A program made the translations under genes and the position numbers. The notes below the pieces were generated by a model that saw only the letters and a program-made list of their open reading frames with translations, searched no databases and was not told the DNA's origin. 64,000 nucleotides of DNA, taken from positions 205,220,001 through 205,284,000 of the forward strand of contig NC_091473.1 of assembly GCF_036971445.1 (NCBI RefSeq), read 5' to 3'. Each line of letters opens with the position of its first letter. Within the stretch, counting starts at the first letter, position 1. Source of the DNA: Narcine bancroftii. Lineage: Eukaryota. This document shows positions 9,953 to 22,600 of the stretch, one piece after another.

Positions 9953-11306
9953 CACCTCGAGAATTGTCATCACGCGCGGTGGCTTGGGGGCGCTCTCGGT
10001 CCCCAGAAGCCAGTTCTGTCAGTCAGATTAATAGAAGGGTGAAGTCAACGCCGAGGTGCTGGAGATTTTCCCTCATCTTGCGTTTCTTTTTCTCTGCATC
10101 CGTTTCGTTTCTTTGAGGTTGAAGGTAGGATGACAGCGAGGGAGAAAAAGTGAACAGCTGTTTCCCAGAATATAGTGGGAAAAGGGAAGTTATGTTTTTG
10201 TGATGGAAATTGAGAAGTTGATAAAGGCGGCGCGGGTAGGGCAAGAGCGTGGCCACACATTCATGAGTGCATATGGCATAGAGTAGGGGACAAAGCAGGC
10301 ATTGATGCGTGGTTCTGATCATCGTAGAGGAGGTGATGTTGCCGATGAGCACTGTTGGGGGCTTCCAATGAGGATGTCACAGATCCAGTAACAGATGGCT
10401 GGACAAAGTACCGGATCCTTTAGATTGGTCATCCGCTTTGCAACTGTGTGTGCGTTGAACGCCGGGCATTAGTCCTTGAACAGCAAACCCACCATGGTAT
10501 TTCAGCGGTATAGGTGATTTAATAAAGAGTGGACCGTCAACGGTAGCGGTGGGGGTGGGGGTCGGTCGTCACTTGTGGCGACGGGCGATGGGCGAATTGA
10601 AGTGTGTCCAGTTCCTTCAAGTGATAGGTGTTAATGCGCTCGATAACCAAACGGCGAAAACATTTCCTCCAAGTCCGTTAACTTGCTCCTGATGGGCAAC
10701 AGGAGAGAGCAACGTGGAAGCAAAATCTCATAGAAATGCTGGAGCAACACAGCCGGTGCTGCAGAACCCAAAAGGAGGGAAAGATACCTCACCGATATTT
10801 CGGGTCTGAGTCCTTCTTCAATGAATAAGAAAATCTCCTGAATGTGTTAAAATTAAGACTGCAGACTGACCGGGTTTGTTGGGGGGGGGGGGGGTGAGGG
10901 AGAGGGGCAGTTCAAAGCGACAGTTGATAATTGGCTATGGAAGGTAAAGAGATGAGAATTGATTTTGTTTCTGTCAACGGGGACAGAGGGAAACTCACAT
11001 AGACCGAGACACAGAATGNNNNNNNNNNNNNNNNNNNNNNNNNNNNNNNNNNNNNNNNNNNNNNNNNNNNNNNNNNNNNNNNNNNNNNNNNNNNNNNNNN
11101 NNNNNNNNNNNNNNNNNNNNNNNNNNNNNNNNNNNNNNNNNNNNNNNNNNNNNNNNNNNNNNNNNNNNNNNNNNNNNNNNNNNNNNNNNNNNNNNNNNNN
11201 NNNNNNNNNNNNNNNNNNNNNNNNNNNNNNNNGGGAGAGAGAGGGCCGCGGGGAAATGCAAAAGTGGGAAGAATTAATTGTTTATCCTGACTTCTCCCCC
11301 TTTCAG

Positions 11307-11645
11307 TTGTTTGCTGATTTTGTGGACCGATCCACTTGGCGAACCTCTGACTGATTGGGTAGCTTGCGTCCCTCCCGGTTCAGCGCAATTTCTCGCATAT
11401 TACATTCATTGCGTGTTTCGTTCAGACACAAATTGAAATATCGTGGCCCATATATTAAATGCTTAAAAATTATAACCGAGACGACGTGGTTCTGCCTCAC
11501 GTTTGACTGGACAGGATGACGTTGGAGAAAAGGGGCTGGATATTTCACCTCAATACGTCGAAAACGTTTGTAGCGGACTTGATGGTTTATCTCAGGGCGG
11601 TGTGGCTCACGCTGTTCTTTGGAAATAGCTGGACGCACAAATCGT
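11307..11645 (+). pseudogene. Degenerate V pseudogene (duplicate of 1095-1433)
   Basis: Near-identical copy; RSS heptamer 11608-11614, nonamer 11637-11645. Confidence 0.7.
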
Positions 11646-12024
11646 ATGTGGTTTGAAATGAAACGCGAGAAAGAGGATGCTAGAGCACGTTAGGGATTGC
11701 TTAATGTTGAACAGGTGAAAATGTGAGACAGAGTGAGCGTCAAGAATAGAACGAAAGAAGGAGAAAGGGGGAGAGGGAGGAGATTAAAAAAAGGGTAGAT
11801 GCGGGGAGTGAACAGGTAGAGGGTTCGTGAAGCGAGGGGAACGCGATGCAAACTGTCTTCACTAACGCGTTCTAATTGGTTGGATAATGACCACACCAAC
11901 CAATCCTGTATGATGGAAACACTCTGATATATGTCCAAAGTGTTAGACCGCTCATAACATCGCCCCACCAATTGTACTGCGGTAACATAAGGAAACCTTC
12001 GTTGATGATCTTAATCCACATACC

Positions 12025-12828
12025 ATGTTCTTCGTGAATGGTTTGGTGATTCTTTGGGCCGTTCTGACTAGTGAGCATGTCTGACTGGTCAGCGACTTCT
12101 GCCCATTGTCCTCTCTCTACAAATCTCTAGCTTTAAACTAATTAAAGACGGACAAATTCCCCAACTTCCTTTGCTCTTCCTTGCACCTTCTTCCTCCGCT
12201 TACTCATTTACACACTCTCTGTGTTTACTGAACTTCCTCGCGGTTTCACTGTCGCACTCCTTCCCCACCTCTCTCGCTCTTCGCCATTTTCGTACGAGGG
12301 AAACGGGGACACATACAGAGTTTCTGCTGCTCCCGACGTGGGTACGCAACCTGATACCTCCGAATTTAGACCGGGCATCATGTTCCTACTGATTTGTTGG
12401 CTGATTATATGCACCGTTCCGCCTGTGGAGACGAACTGGTCAACTAGTGCCGCACGGGTTCAGTGCCATCCAGCGGCGTTAACACATTTTGTTTTGTTCC
12501 AGGGGCGAGGGCAAAGGATTCGGTGACACAAAGCCCGCCGCAAATGTTAGTGGATAAAGGGCAGATCGTATCAATGAAATGTAGTTACTTGATTAGCCCC
12601 GACACTAATTTTTGGTACATTCAATATCCCGGAGAATCTCCAAAATATTTGGCGAAAATCTTCACGTCCCGAATCGTGGTTCAGACTCACGATTGTCCTG
12701 AGAAAATAACGCGTTATTTGGTGAAAAAGGTAATGAAATCCCACCTCAACATCTCTGAAAGCCTTGTGGCGGAATCCGTCGTGTATCTCACGCAGCTGCA
12801 GATGGGCTGGCAGATCCACACAAAAAAC
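12025..12828 (+). pseudogene. V segment lacking the second Cys (duplicate of 1813-2616): leader 12025-12070, V exon from 12503, RSS 12789-12828
   Basis: Same structure and the same CAV deletion. Confidence 0.85.
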
Positions 12829-13715
12829 CGAACCTCATGGAATTTAATCGGACACTGTGGCTGAGGGGGGCACCCGTCAACGGAATGGAAGCGACAGCGC
12901 GATCTATCTGAAGGGCCTGCTATAACGCGGAGTTGCAGGAGATTTGCCATTCTCTGAGCGTTTCTCTTTCTCTGAGTGCTCTTGGTCTGAATTGGAGGTT
13001 GGAAGTCAGGGGAGAGGGTGAAACAGATAGGTATTTGTCAGTATATTGTAGGAAAATGAAGCAATGTTCTTTAGATGGAAGGTGAGAAGTTTAAAAAAAT
13101 CTTAGCCAGGCGGGTCGGTGGGACTAGCGATCCCTCAAACCTGTTATTGCTAAAATGAACAACTAGCTCCGTGGTCTTGATGATATTAAAAACATAATTG
13201 TCGTTCTCGAACCAGCCAAACTGGTTCTCGATCACTATCCTACATTCGGACTCATCGTTTCCATTTATTTGGGCAGCCCTGGTGGCGCCTTCAGCTAATT
13301 TGTAGATTGAGTTTGGGGTGAACTTGGCTGAACATCCATGAGTGAACATGGCTAAGGTTGAAGGGAGGGAGAGATTGGCACTGCTCTCGAAAGATTAACT
13401 AAGTGGAAGACGGAGTCGCCTCGAGGAAGGAAGTGAAAGAGAACAGGAGAAGCGGCGAGAGGGTGCAGGAAAACATGTGAAGATGAAGGAAAGGGATGAG
13501 CAAGAGTGAAGAAGAGAGAGACGTCTGGTGTGTAAATATAGACAAGTAACACGTGGGAAAAATAGTGAGAATGAGAACGGCCAAGATTAGTAACCAGATT
13601 TCATTGGTTCTATCACTATTGTGACGATGTGCGAGCGAGGAATGCGCCCTCCTGTGCCTCCTAGATGATGGGCCGCTACTGACGCGATCCCACAGTCACA
13701 TATCAGGCGAAGACG

Positions 13716-14199
13716 TTGAAAGATGCTTCTGTTCATATTCTTCCTGGATTCCTTCCCATTCAGTGTTTTTCTGATTCTGTGGGCCGTTCTGCTTGGAGAA
13801 CCTCTGTCTAATTTGTCAGCGCGTGTCCCTCCCGGCTCAGACTATTTCCTCGCAGATCTGCACTGCTTGCTCCTTTCCGAAACAAATGTGGAAATGCTGT
13901 GACACACGGACATGGCCGCGGTAAGACAAGAAGTGGCACTGACACTAGTAACCCGAGAGGTGTAACCTTATTTTTTGGAGACGTTACAATTCCCGTGGAC
14001 CGCGAGATCTTGGATATAACATACTATTCAATGCGTTTCGGTCTCACGATCGTCCGGACAGGATGACGGTTCCTTTGGAGAAAAGGGCCTGGATATTCCA
14101 CCTCAATGTTTCGAAAGCTGTTGAAGCGGACTTGGCCGTGTATCTCTGCGCGGTGCCGCTCACACTGTTCTTTGGAAATTGCGGAAATGCACAAAAGCT
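13716..14199 (+). pseudogene. Family-B V pseudogene (duplicate of 3500-3983)
   Basis: ADLAVYLCAV, then cacactg (14161-14167), 23 nt, acaaaagct (14191-14199). Confidence 0.85.
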
Positions 14200-14624
14200 G
14201 ATTCTGAAATCGGATGTGGGTGGAAACAAAACCGGAGACAGAGGACGCGAGACTCAGAGTGAGGCAGTCATATGGCAACTCGATCACACTCCCGCCACTC
14301 TCTGAGTGGAGGTTCCCCCTCAACCTTTCCCCTTTCACCATAAAGCGGTGTCCTCTTGTAGTTATCTCACCAAATCTAAGTTGAAAGAGCCTACTCAATT
14401 TTACAGTGTCTACAACTCTCTTAAATTAGTAAATCTCAATCAAGCATCCCCTTATTCCTCTACGCTACAAGTCCTAACCTGTGTAATCTTTCCCTGTAAT
14501 TCAACTCCTGAATACTCGAAACATCGTAGCAAATCTCTCTGCAGTCTTTCAATCTTAAATATACCCTTCGTATAGTTTGGCGACCAGAAGAGCACACAGA
14601 ACTCCTAATGTTCTCATATTTTCT

Positions 14625-15522
14625 TTCTTTTTCAATCTTTTTATTATTATTATAGTAATTTATAAACACATACAGTTCAAAGAGATATAAAAAATACATA
14701 GTAAGTAATGAATTAATACAGAGATATTAAACAATAATATTACAGAATAAAAATATATCATAAAGTTTTTTTTACATCAGTTTAATGTGTGAACTATCTC
14801 TAAAAAAAAGATATAGTTAATAACAATATATGAAAAAAGAGAAAAAAATACCCCAAAAAAGAAGAAAAAACAAATCTGAATTAAAAAAACTTTAAAAAAA
14901 AACTTTAAAAAAACTACAGATATAGCTAAACCACGCCGATCACTCCGATCTCAACTTACAGCCCAATTATCATACATAATCATAGAAAGAAAACAGAGCC
15001 AGATCAACTCACCACAAATGAAAATATTGAATAAATGGTCGCCAGGTTAACTCAAACTTAGAAGGGGATTCATAGACAGAGTTTCTAATATTCTCTAAAT
15101 TTAAACATAGTATAGTTTGGGTAAACCATTGGAAAACAGTGGGAGGATTAACCTCTTTCCAATTCAATAGTATAGATCTTCTAGCCATTAGTGTAAGAAA
15201 AGCAATCATACGATCCGCAGGAAGAGATAAATAAGTCAAATCTATCATAGGTGCAAAACATTCACTAATAGAGTTTAAAGTTGTTCATAGAGCTCATATG
15301 TCTAAAGATAAACTCCATCGCTTTTATTCTCATATCGATCCTATATGTGATAAATGTCAATTGGAAATAGCTTCCCTTACACATATGTTTTGGTCCTGTC
15401 CCTCTTTACAGAATTATTGGAAGGAAATTTTTTCCATTATATCTACTGTTTTGAATATTGATTTACAACCACATCCCATTACTGCAATTTTTGGATTACC
15501 TATGATAGATTTGACTTATTTA
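14625..15522 (-). mobile_element. Duplicate of the 5'-inverted L1 fragment
   Basis: TSD tctcatattttct at 14612-14624 and 15523-15535. Confidence 0.85.
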
Positions 15523-17157
15523 TCTCATATTTTCTATACTCTTCTCGTAGCTAATTGCTATTTGTTCCCTATACACACTTTACACCTTCTTCACCAGATC
15601 GCAAATGTCCTCGAAAACCAAGGTTCCCTCTGCCTGTTATCTGTGCCTTTAATCGTGACAGGAACGGGCAAAATCTGCTCTCTCAAAATGTCGCATTTGA
15701 AGACCTTCCACTGACTGAACACATATTTGCCATTAAACAGATTATTCCAGTCCACTCTTCCTCGATCCTTTCTCATTTCCATAAATTGGCCTCTCACCAA
15801 TTTATAATATTAACTCGAGGGTTAGACCTGTCCATATGCATAAGTAAATTGAAAATAAGGACATAAAGTATTGCATCAGCTCTCGTTGGCACCTATATAT
15901 ATTGATTAAGAAATCTTTCCTGAACACATTTGACAAACGTTAAGCCACCCAGCCCTTTTACCACATGGGGGTCCAGTCAATATATGGAAAATTAAAATCA
16001 CCTACTATCCCAACTTTCTGTTTCTTATATCGGTCTGCTTACTCTTTTCAGATTTGCACCGTCAATTCTCTTGGACTATTGTACGGTCTATAATACAACC
16101 CTTTCAGTGTGGCCGCATCATACCCGTTGGTGAACTACATCCATATGGCCTCTGAGGACGAGGCCTGTCCTGTCTAATCTCACTCCTCCCTCTTTCACCC
16201 TCCCACATCATGTCTGAAAGAGAGAATCTAGTCCTACTGCTCCTGCAACCACGTCTCACTAAAGGCAATAAAGTCGTGTTTCCACGCCTGAAAACCGCCC
16301 GCCTTTGTGGCAATACTCGTTGCATTGAAATAAATAGAACATTTCTATCGTGTGAAAACCTTTGATTTCTGTCTATACACGCAGTCCTCACATGATATTT
16401 ATACACGTCCACCTCAATATCAGCTCTCACAGTCTGGTTTCCGTCCCCCTACAAATCAAACTTAATCCTCCGGAACAGCATCAGCAAACCTGCCTGCAAG
16501 GATATAGGTCCCCTTCCAGTTCGGATACAAACCCCCTGTCGGATATATTTGCTGGAAAATCCGCAGCTTAGGGGTAGAGGGTCTGTCTCACTATTGGACC
16601 GACAGGATGAAGGGTTCCTTGGAGAAAAGGGGTCGGATATTCTAAGTCACTATCTCCGGAGATCCTGAAGTGGACTTGGCCGATTGTCTCTGTTCGGTGC
16701 GATTCACATCCTTCCTGGGATATTGCGGAGGTACACAGGCTCATTCTGAGATGGGATGTGGTTAGAGAGAAAAGGGGAGAAAGAAGTGGATAGAGGTTGT
16801 TGAGGATTGAGAAAGGTTAAGCAGGTGAAAGAGTGAGACAGGGTGAGGTAGAACCGTAGAATGAATGAAGGGGTGTGACGGAGGAGTGAAGGAATGCGAG
16901 GGAGGAGATACAAAGAGGGCAGGAGAAAGACGCGGGAAGTGGACATAGAGGGAGAAACTGAGCGAAGGACGAGGAACGAGATGGGGATTGTCTTATCAAC
17001 TCAGTCTGGTTGGTTCAATTATGGCCACACGAACCAATCCTGTGTGAGGTAAACACTCTCATATCTGGCCCAAGCGTCATTTCGCTTAAAACATCGCCCC
17101 ACCCTGGTACAGCGGTAACACAGGAAAATCTTCGCTTTAGACCTTAATCCGCGTACC

Positions 17158-17802
17158 ATGTCCCTCCTGAGTTGTTTGCTGATTCTGTGGGCCTTTCTGA
17201 CTGGTGAGACTGTCTGATTGGTCAGCGACGTCTATCCATCGTCTTTTCTCTTTGTATCTCCAGCTTTAACCTAATGAAAATTGACAATTCCCCAAAATGT
17301 TGCTTCCGACTTGGAATCGCGCTCTTATATAATCGAGCATTTGTAAAATATTCTTCCTCCGATTTGAGTCCGGGCATCATTTTCCTACTGTGCTGTTGGC
17401 TGATTGTTTGCGCCGTTCTACCTGGTGAGAGTGATTGGTCAACAAGTGTCCAGTGGGATCAGCGTCACCCCGCGCGATTAACACCTTCTGTTTTGTTCCA
17501 GGGGCGAGTGGGAACCACTCAGTTAATCAAGACCCCACGGAATTGGTGGTCTATGAATGGCAGATCGTATCACTGAGCTGCAGTTACTCGAAGATCCAGA
17601 CGGCATACATGTGGTACATGCATCATCCTGGAAAATCTCCCAAATATTTGCTGAAAATCTACGCGTCAGGAGAGGCGTTTCCGTCTCCAGATTGTCCGGA
17701 GAGGATATCGGGTATATTGGAGAAAAAGAGTCAGAAATCCCACCTTAACATCTCTAAAAGCCTTGTGGAAGATTCCGCCGTGTATCTCTGCGCAGTGAAG
17801 CA
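17158..17802 (+). CDS. TCR alpha/delta-like V gene segment, open frame (paralogue of 6937-7571): leader 17158-17203, V exon 17502-17802
   Basis: Leader MSLLSCLLILWAFLT(G). Open V exon with Cys/Trp/Cys, although a conserved FR1 Gly is changed to Trp. RSS: cacgctg (17803-17809), 23 nt, actaaaaac (17833-17841). Confidence 0.8.
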
Positions 17803-18403
17803 CACGCTGTTCCTAAGCAGTGGCAGATCCGTACTAAAAACGTAGCACACGAAATTCAATCGGACGCAGTGGGTCGGGGGCGCCCTCGATCACGGAATGG
17901 AAGCGGCAGCGCGACCTTCTTGGACAGTCTGCAGGAACGGGGAGTGTGATGAGATCTGCCCTCCTCTGATCGTTTCTCTCTCTCTGCGTGCTCTGTGTCT
18001 GAGGTGAGAGGTTGGAAGTCTTGAAGAAATAGACAGCTGTTTGCTGGAATATTGTACTTAAACGATGGAGTGTTGTTTATATAGAAGGGAGCGAGATGTT
18101 AAATAAGTGTAAGAGGGAGTCGAGTCGAAACGGAACGGGAGAAGCGGCGAGGGGACCCAGGAAAACAAGAGAAGGTGATGAGAAGGGATGAGCGAGAGTG
18201 AAGAAAATAAAGACGTGGGTAGTGTAAATGTCGACAGAGAAATACGAGCGAAAATGATTGAAAATGAGAACAGCCAACACTAATAACTAGATTCCATTGG
18301 TACAGTAACTGCGCCCGATTGAGCCGATGCGCGAGGAGGGCGCCCTCCTGTGTGTCATAGAGGATGGGCCGCCACTGACGCGACCACCCTGTCTTCGACT
18401 AAA

Positions 18404-18891
18404 ATGTTGAAATATTCGCTGTTTATCTTCATGCTGGCTTCCTCCCCATTCAGTTATCTGTTGATTCTGTGGGCTGTTCGGCTTGGTGAGCCTCTGACAG
18501 ATTGGTCAGCGCGTGTCCTCGCCGGGTCAGCGCAATTCTTCGCATATCCTGCACTGCGAGCTTCATTCCAGGAGCAAATGGGGAAATGTAGTAACACACG
18601 GAAATGTCTGAGGGAAGCCAAGCAGAGTCACTGACACTAGTTACCCGACAAGTGTTACCTTATATTTTTTGGTCGTTAAAATCCTCGTGGATCGTCAAAG
18701 CTTGGATATAACATCCAGTTCGATGTGGTTCAGATTCACGATCGTCCGGACAGGATGACGGTTACATTGGAGAAAAGGGTCCGGATATTACATCTCAATA
18801 TCTCGAATGCTCTTGAAGCTGACTTGGCCGTGGATATCTGCGCGGTGCGGCTCACACTGTTCTTTGGAAATTGCGGTGATGCACAAAACCT
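18404..18891 (+). pseudogene. Family-B V pseudogene (paralogue of 8193-8680)
   Basis: Frameshifted; ADLAVDICAVR; RSS cacactg (18853-18859), 23 nt, acaaaacct (18883-18891). Confidence 0.85.
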
Positions 18892-19295
18892 GATTCTGAA
18901 ATCGGATGTGGGTGGAATCAAAAAGGGAGGAAGAGGACGGGAGATCATGTTAGTGATTGCGAAAGGCCGAGCAGGTGAAAATGTTAGATAGAATGAGCTA
19001 GGGGTATAGAATGAAAGAAGGGGAGAGAGAGAGCGAGGGAGGAGATGAAAAGAAGGAAGACACGGGGACTGTACAGATAGAGGGAGAAACCGTGAAAGGA
19101 GAGCGCGATGCAGATTGTCTTCTCAAAGCGGTCTGATTGGTTCACAAATGAGATCATCAACCAATCCTATGTGAAGGAAACTCATTCATTTCTGACCCAG
19201 GTTGTTTGTCCGCTCATAACATCGACCGACCCGTATTTCCCTATATTCAGCAGTAATACAGGGAAATCTTCGCATTTGACCTTAATCCGCAGATC

Positions 19296-19513
19296 ATGGC
19301 TGTTGTGTGTTTTTTGCCGATTCTTTGGGTCGTTTTGACTGGTGAGCATGTCCGATATTTTACCGAACTCTGTCCATCCCCGTAGTCCACGTGTCTTTAA
19401 CTTTAACATTAGTAAAGTTAGATGAGTTCCCCTCAAGAATCAAATTCCTTAGCTCTCCCTCCGTTTACTCGTTTACTCGTTCACTTTCTACTTACTGATC
19501 TACGTCGCGCGCG

Positions 19514-19553
<40 letters not shown>

Positions 19554-20153
19554 GTCGCTCCTCGCCATTCTAATGAGAGAGAAACAAGTCCAGTCTCCAA
19601 AAGACATTTTTCAGCATCCGACTTGAGTTTGCGACCTTCTGTCGGGTGAGCATTTAGAAAATTTCTTTCTTCCGAATTGAAGCGGAGCATCATGTTCCTC
19701 CTGAAGATTGGGCAGATTCTTAGGGCCGTTCAGCCAGCTGAGACAGATTGGTCCACAAGTGCCGCGCGGGTGCAGTACGGTCCAGCGGTGTTCACTCATT
19801 CTGCTTTGTTCCAGGGGCCAGTACGAATGATTCAGTGACACAAAGACCACCGGAAATGATAGTCGATGAAGGGCAGTTTGCGGAACTGAACTGTAGTTAC
19901 TCGATGACAACCTACGCTTATTTTTGGTACATTCAACATCCCGGAGAATCTCCAAAATATTTGCTGAAAATCTAGCTGTCAGGAGACGTGGTACCTTCTC
20001 GCGATTGTCCTGAGAGGATATCGGGTTCCTTAGAGAAATCGAGCCAGAGATTCCACCTTAATATCTCACAAATCCGCGTGGATGATTCCGCCGTGTATCT
20101 CTGCGCCGTGGAGCTCACGCTGTTCCAGGGCGGCGGGAATCTGCACAAAAACT
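19296..20153 (+). pseudogene. V pseudogene with a single in-frame stop (paralogue of 9085-9952): leader 19296-19341, V exon 19815-20115, RSS 20116-20153
   Basis: TAG at 19973-19975 where the paralogue has CAA; otherwise intact. Confidence 0.9.
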
Positions 20154-20590
20154 CACCTCTAGAATTGTCATCACGTGCGGTGGCTTGGGGTTGCTCTCGG
20201 TCCCCAGAAGCCAGTTCTGTCAGTCAGATTAATAGAAGGGTGTAGTCAACGCCGAGGTGCTGGATTGCTTAATGTGGAACAGGTGAAAATGTGAGTCAGA
20301 ATGAGCTTCAAGAATAGAACGAAAGAAGGAGAGAGTGAGCGAGGGAGGAGATAAAAAAGGGTAGATGCTGAGAGTGTAAAGGGAGAGGGTTCGTGAAGCG
20401 AGGGTAATGCAATGCAAACTATCTTCACTAACGCGATTATATTGGTTGAATAATGACCAAACCAACCAATACTGTGTGAAGGAAACACTCTCATATCTGT
20501 CCCAAGTGTTAGACCACTCAAACCATTGCCCCACCATTTGCACTGCGGTAACATAAGGAAATCTTCGCTGATGATCTTAATCCATATACC

Positions 20591-21383
20591 ATGTTGTTCG
20601 TGAGTGGTTTGGTGATTCGTTGGGCCGTTCTGACTGGTGGGTCTGTATGAATGGTCAGCGACCACTGCCCATTGTTCTTTCTCTACGAATCTCTAGCTTT
20701 AAACTAATTAAAGACAGACAATTTCCCCAAATTCATTTGCTCTCCCTTGCACGTTCTTCCTCCGCTTACTCATTTACCCACTCTCTGAGTTTACTGAACT
20801 TCCTCCCAGTTTCACTGTCGCTCTCTATCCCCCCTTTCTCGCTCTTTGCCGTTTTCGTGAGAGGGAATCCGCGACACAAATTGAGTTTCTGCTGCTTCCG
20901 ACGTGGGTACGCGACCTGATATGGTCGAGGAATTGTAAAATATCCTTCTTCCGAATTTAGACCGGGCATCATGTTCCGACTGATTTGATAGCTGATTTGA
21001 TTCACCATTCCGCCTGTTGAGACTAATTGGTCAACTAGTGCCGCGCGGGTTCAGTGCCATCCGCCGACGTTCACACATTTTGTTTTGTTCCAGGGGCGAG
21101 GGCGAAGGATTCAGTGACCCAAAGCACGCCGCAAATGATAGTGGATGAAGGGCAGATCATATCAATGAGCTGTAGTTACTTGATTAGCCTCGACACTAAT
21201 TTTTGGTATATTCAACATCCCGGAGAATCTCCAAAATATTTCCTGAAAATCTACACGTCCCGAGTCGTGGTTCAGTCTCACAACTGTCTTGAGAGAATAT
21301 CACGTTCTTTGACGAAACAGAAAATGAAATCGCCTTGTGGAGGATTCCGTCGTGTATCTCAGTGGCAGATCCACACAAAAAGC
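20591..21383 (+). pseudogene. Family-A V pseudogene with an FR3 deletion and loss of CAV and heptamer: leader 20591-20636, V exon from 21094
   Basis: DSVTQ..MSCSY..FWYIQHPGESPKYFLKI; deletion after atgaaatc; gtgtatctc joins directly to the spacer remnant agtggcagatccac and nonamer acaaaaagc. Confidence 0.85.
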
Positions 21384-22130
21384 GAAACTCATGGAATTTA
21401 ATCGGACGCTGTGGCTCGGGGGCGTCTTCGGCAAGGAATGGAAGCGACAGCGCGATCTTCCTGAAGGGCCTGCTATAACACGGAGTTGCAGGAGATTTGC
21501 CCTCCTCTGAGCGTTTCTCTTTCTCTTAGTGCTCTGGGTCTTAGTTGGAGGTTGGAAGTCATGTGGAAAGGAAGAAAGAGATAGGTATTTGTTAGTATAT
21601 TTTAGGAAAATTAAGGAGTGTTGATTAGATGGAAGTTGAGATATTTAAAGTGTAGCAGCCGCGCTGGTGGGTAGGAGTAGTAAGCGGCCCCTCAAACCTG
21701 TTATGGCTAAAATGAACAACTTGCTCCTTGGTCTTGATGATATTAAGAACATAATTGTCGTTCTCGAACCAGCCAAACTGGTTCTCGATCACCATCCTAC
21801 ATTAGGACTCATCATTCCCAATTATTTGGGCAGCCCTGGTGGTGCCTTCAGCTAATTTGTAGATTGTGTTTGGGGTGAAATTGGCAGAATAGCCATGGGT
21901 GAACATGGCAGAGTTTGAAGGGAGGGAGAGATTGGCACTGCTCTCGAAAGATTAACTAAGTGTAAGACGGAGTCGCCTCAAGGAACGAAGCATAACAGAC
22001 CGCGAGAAGCAGATTTAATTGGTCTACGAACGGCGTTCGATTGAGCCGATATGGGAGAAGGGCGCCTTTTTGTGTGTCCTTGAGGATGTGCCGCTACTCT
22101 CGCGCCAATACAGTTTTATATCGGACTAAA

Positions 22131-22600
22131 ATGCTGAAATATTCTCCTGTTTATCTTCATCCTGGCTTCCTCCCCATTCAGTTTTTTCTGCTGATCCTGT
22201 GGGCCGTTCCACTTGTCTGATTAGTCAGCGCGTGTCCCTTCCGGCTCAGCGCAATTCTTCGGGTATCCTAAACTCCGTGTCTCGTTCCAGGAACAAATGG
22301 GGAAATGTAGTGTCACACGGACATGTCCGCGGGAAGGCAGGTAGTGTCACCGACTCTAGTTACCCGACGAATGTAACCTTATATTTGTGGTACGTTAAAA
22401 TTCCCGCTGACAGTGAAATCTTGGGTGTAACATCCTAGTCGATGTGGGTCCGTGTCACGATTGTCCAGCCAGGGTGACGGTTAATTTGGAGCAAAGGGGC
22501 CGGATATTCCACCTCAAAGATCTTGAACCGGCTTGGATGTGTCTCTCTGCGCGGTGCGGCTCACACTGTTCTTTGGAAATTGCGGAGATGCACAAAAGCT
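22131..22600 (+). pseudogene. Family-B V pseudogene with 23-RSS
   Basis: Leader remnant, acceptor cgttccag, ..ctctgcgcggtgcggct, then cacactg (22562-22568), 23 nt, acaaaagct (22592-22600). Confidence 0.8.

Larger units (their letters stand above)
1..10218 (+). repeat. Tandem segmental duplication, copy 1 (~10.2-kb unit carrying 7 V segments)
   Basis: The sequence at 1 (tgataatggcggcgcgggtagggcaagagc) recurs at 10219. The two copies are colinear over the whole unit, with matching ORFs at an offset of ~10,200-10,230 and N-runs at homologous positions. Confidence 0.95.
10219..20263 (+). repeat. Tandem segmental duplication, copy 2
   Basis: Colinear with 1-~10063. It ends at gccgaggtgctgga, where the sequence jumps to the homologue of ~1482 (ggattgcttaatg). 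Confidence 0.95.
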
